DNA of 64,000 nt from Octopus sinensis (taxonomy: Eukaryota). The stretch lies in assembly GCF_006345805.1 (NCBI RefSeq), contig NC_043021.1, forward strand, positions 5,642,001-5,706,000, written 5' to 3'. The position numbers and the translations under genes are program-made. The notes under the pieces are model-generated. The model saw nothing but the letters and a program-made list of their open reading frames with translations, was not told the DNA's origin and ran no database searches. This document shows, piece by piece, positions 62,876 through 64,000 of this stretch. How positions within the stretch are numbered: the first letter of the stretch is position 1; each line of letters starts with the position of its first letter.

Positions 62876-64000
62876 ATAAACACACCAATACCAGTTATCA
62901 AGTGGAGGGAGAGGAAGACACAAAGACACACATGATGGGCTTCTTTCAGTTTCAGTCTACCAAATCCACTTACAAGGCTTTAGTAAGCCTGAGGCTACAG
63001 TAGAAGACACTTATCCAGTACATCTCTCCTTTTCAAGCTGAGTGTAATATGAGGCAGATTCGGTTGCTATTTCCAGCAGTTGAAATGCCAACATAGCAGC
63101 ACCGTCAGTGACTTGTTATTTTGCATAAATGATGACAAATTCAATATGGGAGCAAACAAACTATTTACATCAGACAACTGCAAGTAATAATCCATCTTCA
63201 AATCAACCTACAGAAGCCAAAAAGCCAATGGTTTATTAACAATGACCCCTTTTGTCCAAATGAACTTTCCCACAAACCTCAAGCTTTTCAATGGTTTCAT
63301 CACCATCATTTTAACATCCACCTTTCCATGATGATATGGGTCAAATAGAATTTGTTGAGGCAGATTTTTTACAGTTGGATGGGTGCCCTTCCAGTTGCTA
63401 ACCCTCACCCATTTCCAAGCAAGGTAATACTTCCCCATAACCAGACATGCTTTAAGAGACTAGAAAACAAGGGGCTCTATATGCATGATGATCACACCCA
63501 TAACTATCTCATGATGTCAAGACAAAGAGGCACAAACACACACACATACCACCATCTAACATCCATGTGCCATGCTGACATGGGTTGGATGGTTTGACAA
63601 GATTCAAGAAGTCCAAAAACTGCATAGTGCTCCAGTGTCTGCTTTGGCATAGTTTCCACAGCTGGACGCCAGTCCTAACTCCAACCAATTTACAGTGAGT
63701 ACTGGGTGCTTTTCTCATGGTACCAGCACTAGTAAAGGTTGCCATGCAGCTTGCCAGCCTGTGGAAATCAAGGTGAAGAGGGTGGAGACAGAGAAGGTTC
63801 TTGTTGTAAGGAAGCTATAAAGCTTTTTGCATTAAAGAGGGAGTTGTTAAGGTGTTCGGAAAGTAATTGCACTTTCTTCACCGCTATGAAATATGAACTA
63901 ACCAATCACATCAGAGCCAAGGTCGAATGGGTGGGAACCGTCTACAAATAATATATTATCTCTTCTATCCAGCTGTGTGTCATTCATAGTTATTTTGGTA

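Overview
AT-rich, microsatellite- and SINE-dense eukaryotic DNA with one 100-N gap (5621-5720). The repeat families and gene structure look like an octopus (coleoid cephalopod) genome; that assignment is inferred. Four protein-coding loci are supported by spliced reading frames: (1) the last exon of an alkaline phosphatase (-, 2167-2432); (2) a complete two-exon Harbinger-transposase-derived HARBI1/ALP1-like gene (-, 27626-33875, 436 aa) with two conserved acidic positions changed to Asn; (3) a complete four-exon IFT20 (+, 38656-49594, 132 aa); (4) the last four exons of a KCTD10/TNFAIP1/KCTD13 (BACURD) gene (-, 53088-58603). The rest is tRNA-derived SINEs, non-autonomous Helitrons, Merlin-, piggyBac- and hAT-like MITEs, LINE fragments (RTE, Tx1, CRE), a Tc1 relic and fold-back repeats. 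The main unannotated signal is a set of type I hammerhead ribozyme motifs between 7.5 and 26.7 kb. The best of these are two copies spaced exactly 370 nt apart in a tandem, highly structured repeat (11.5-12.7 kb), which has the architecture of a circular-RNA-producing non-LTR retrozyme. Most ORFs in the supplied track are repeat-derived artefacts.
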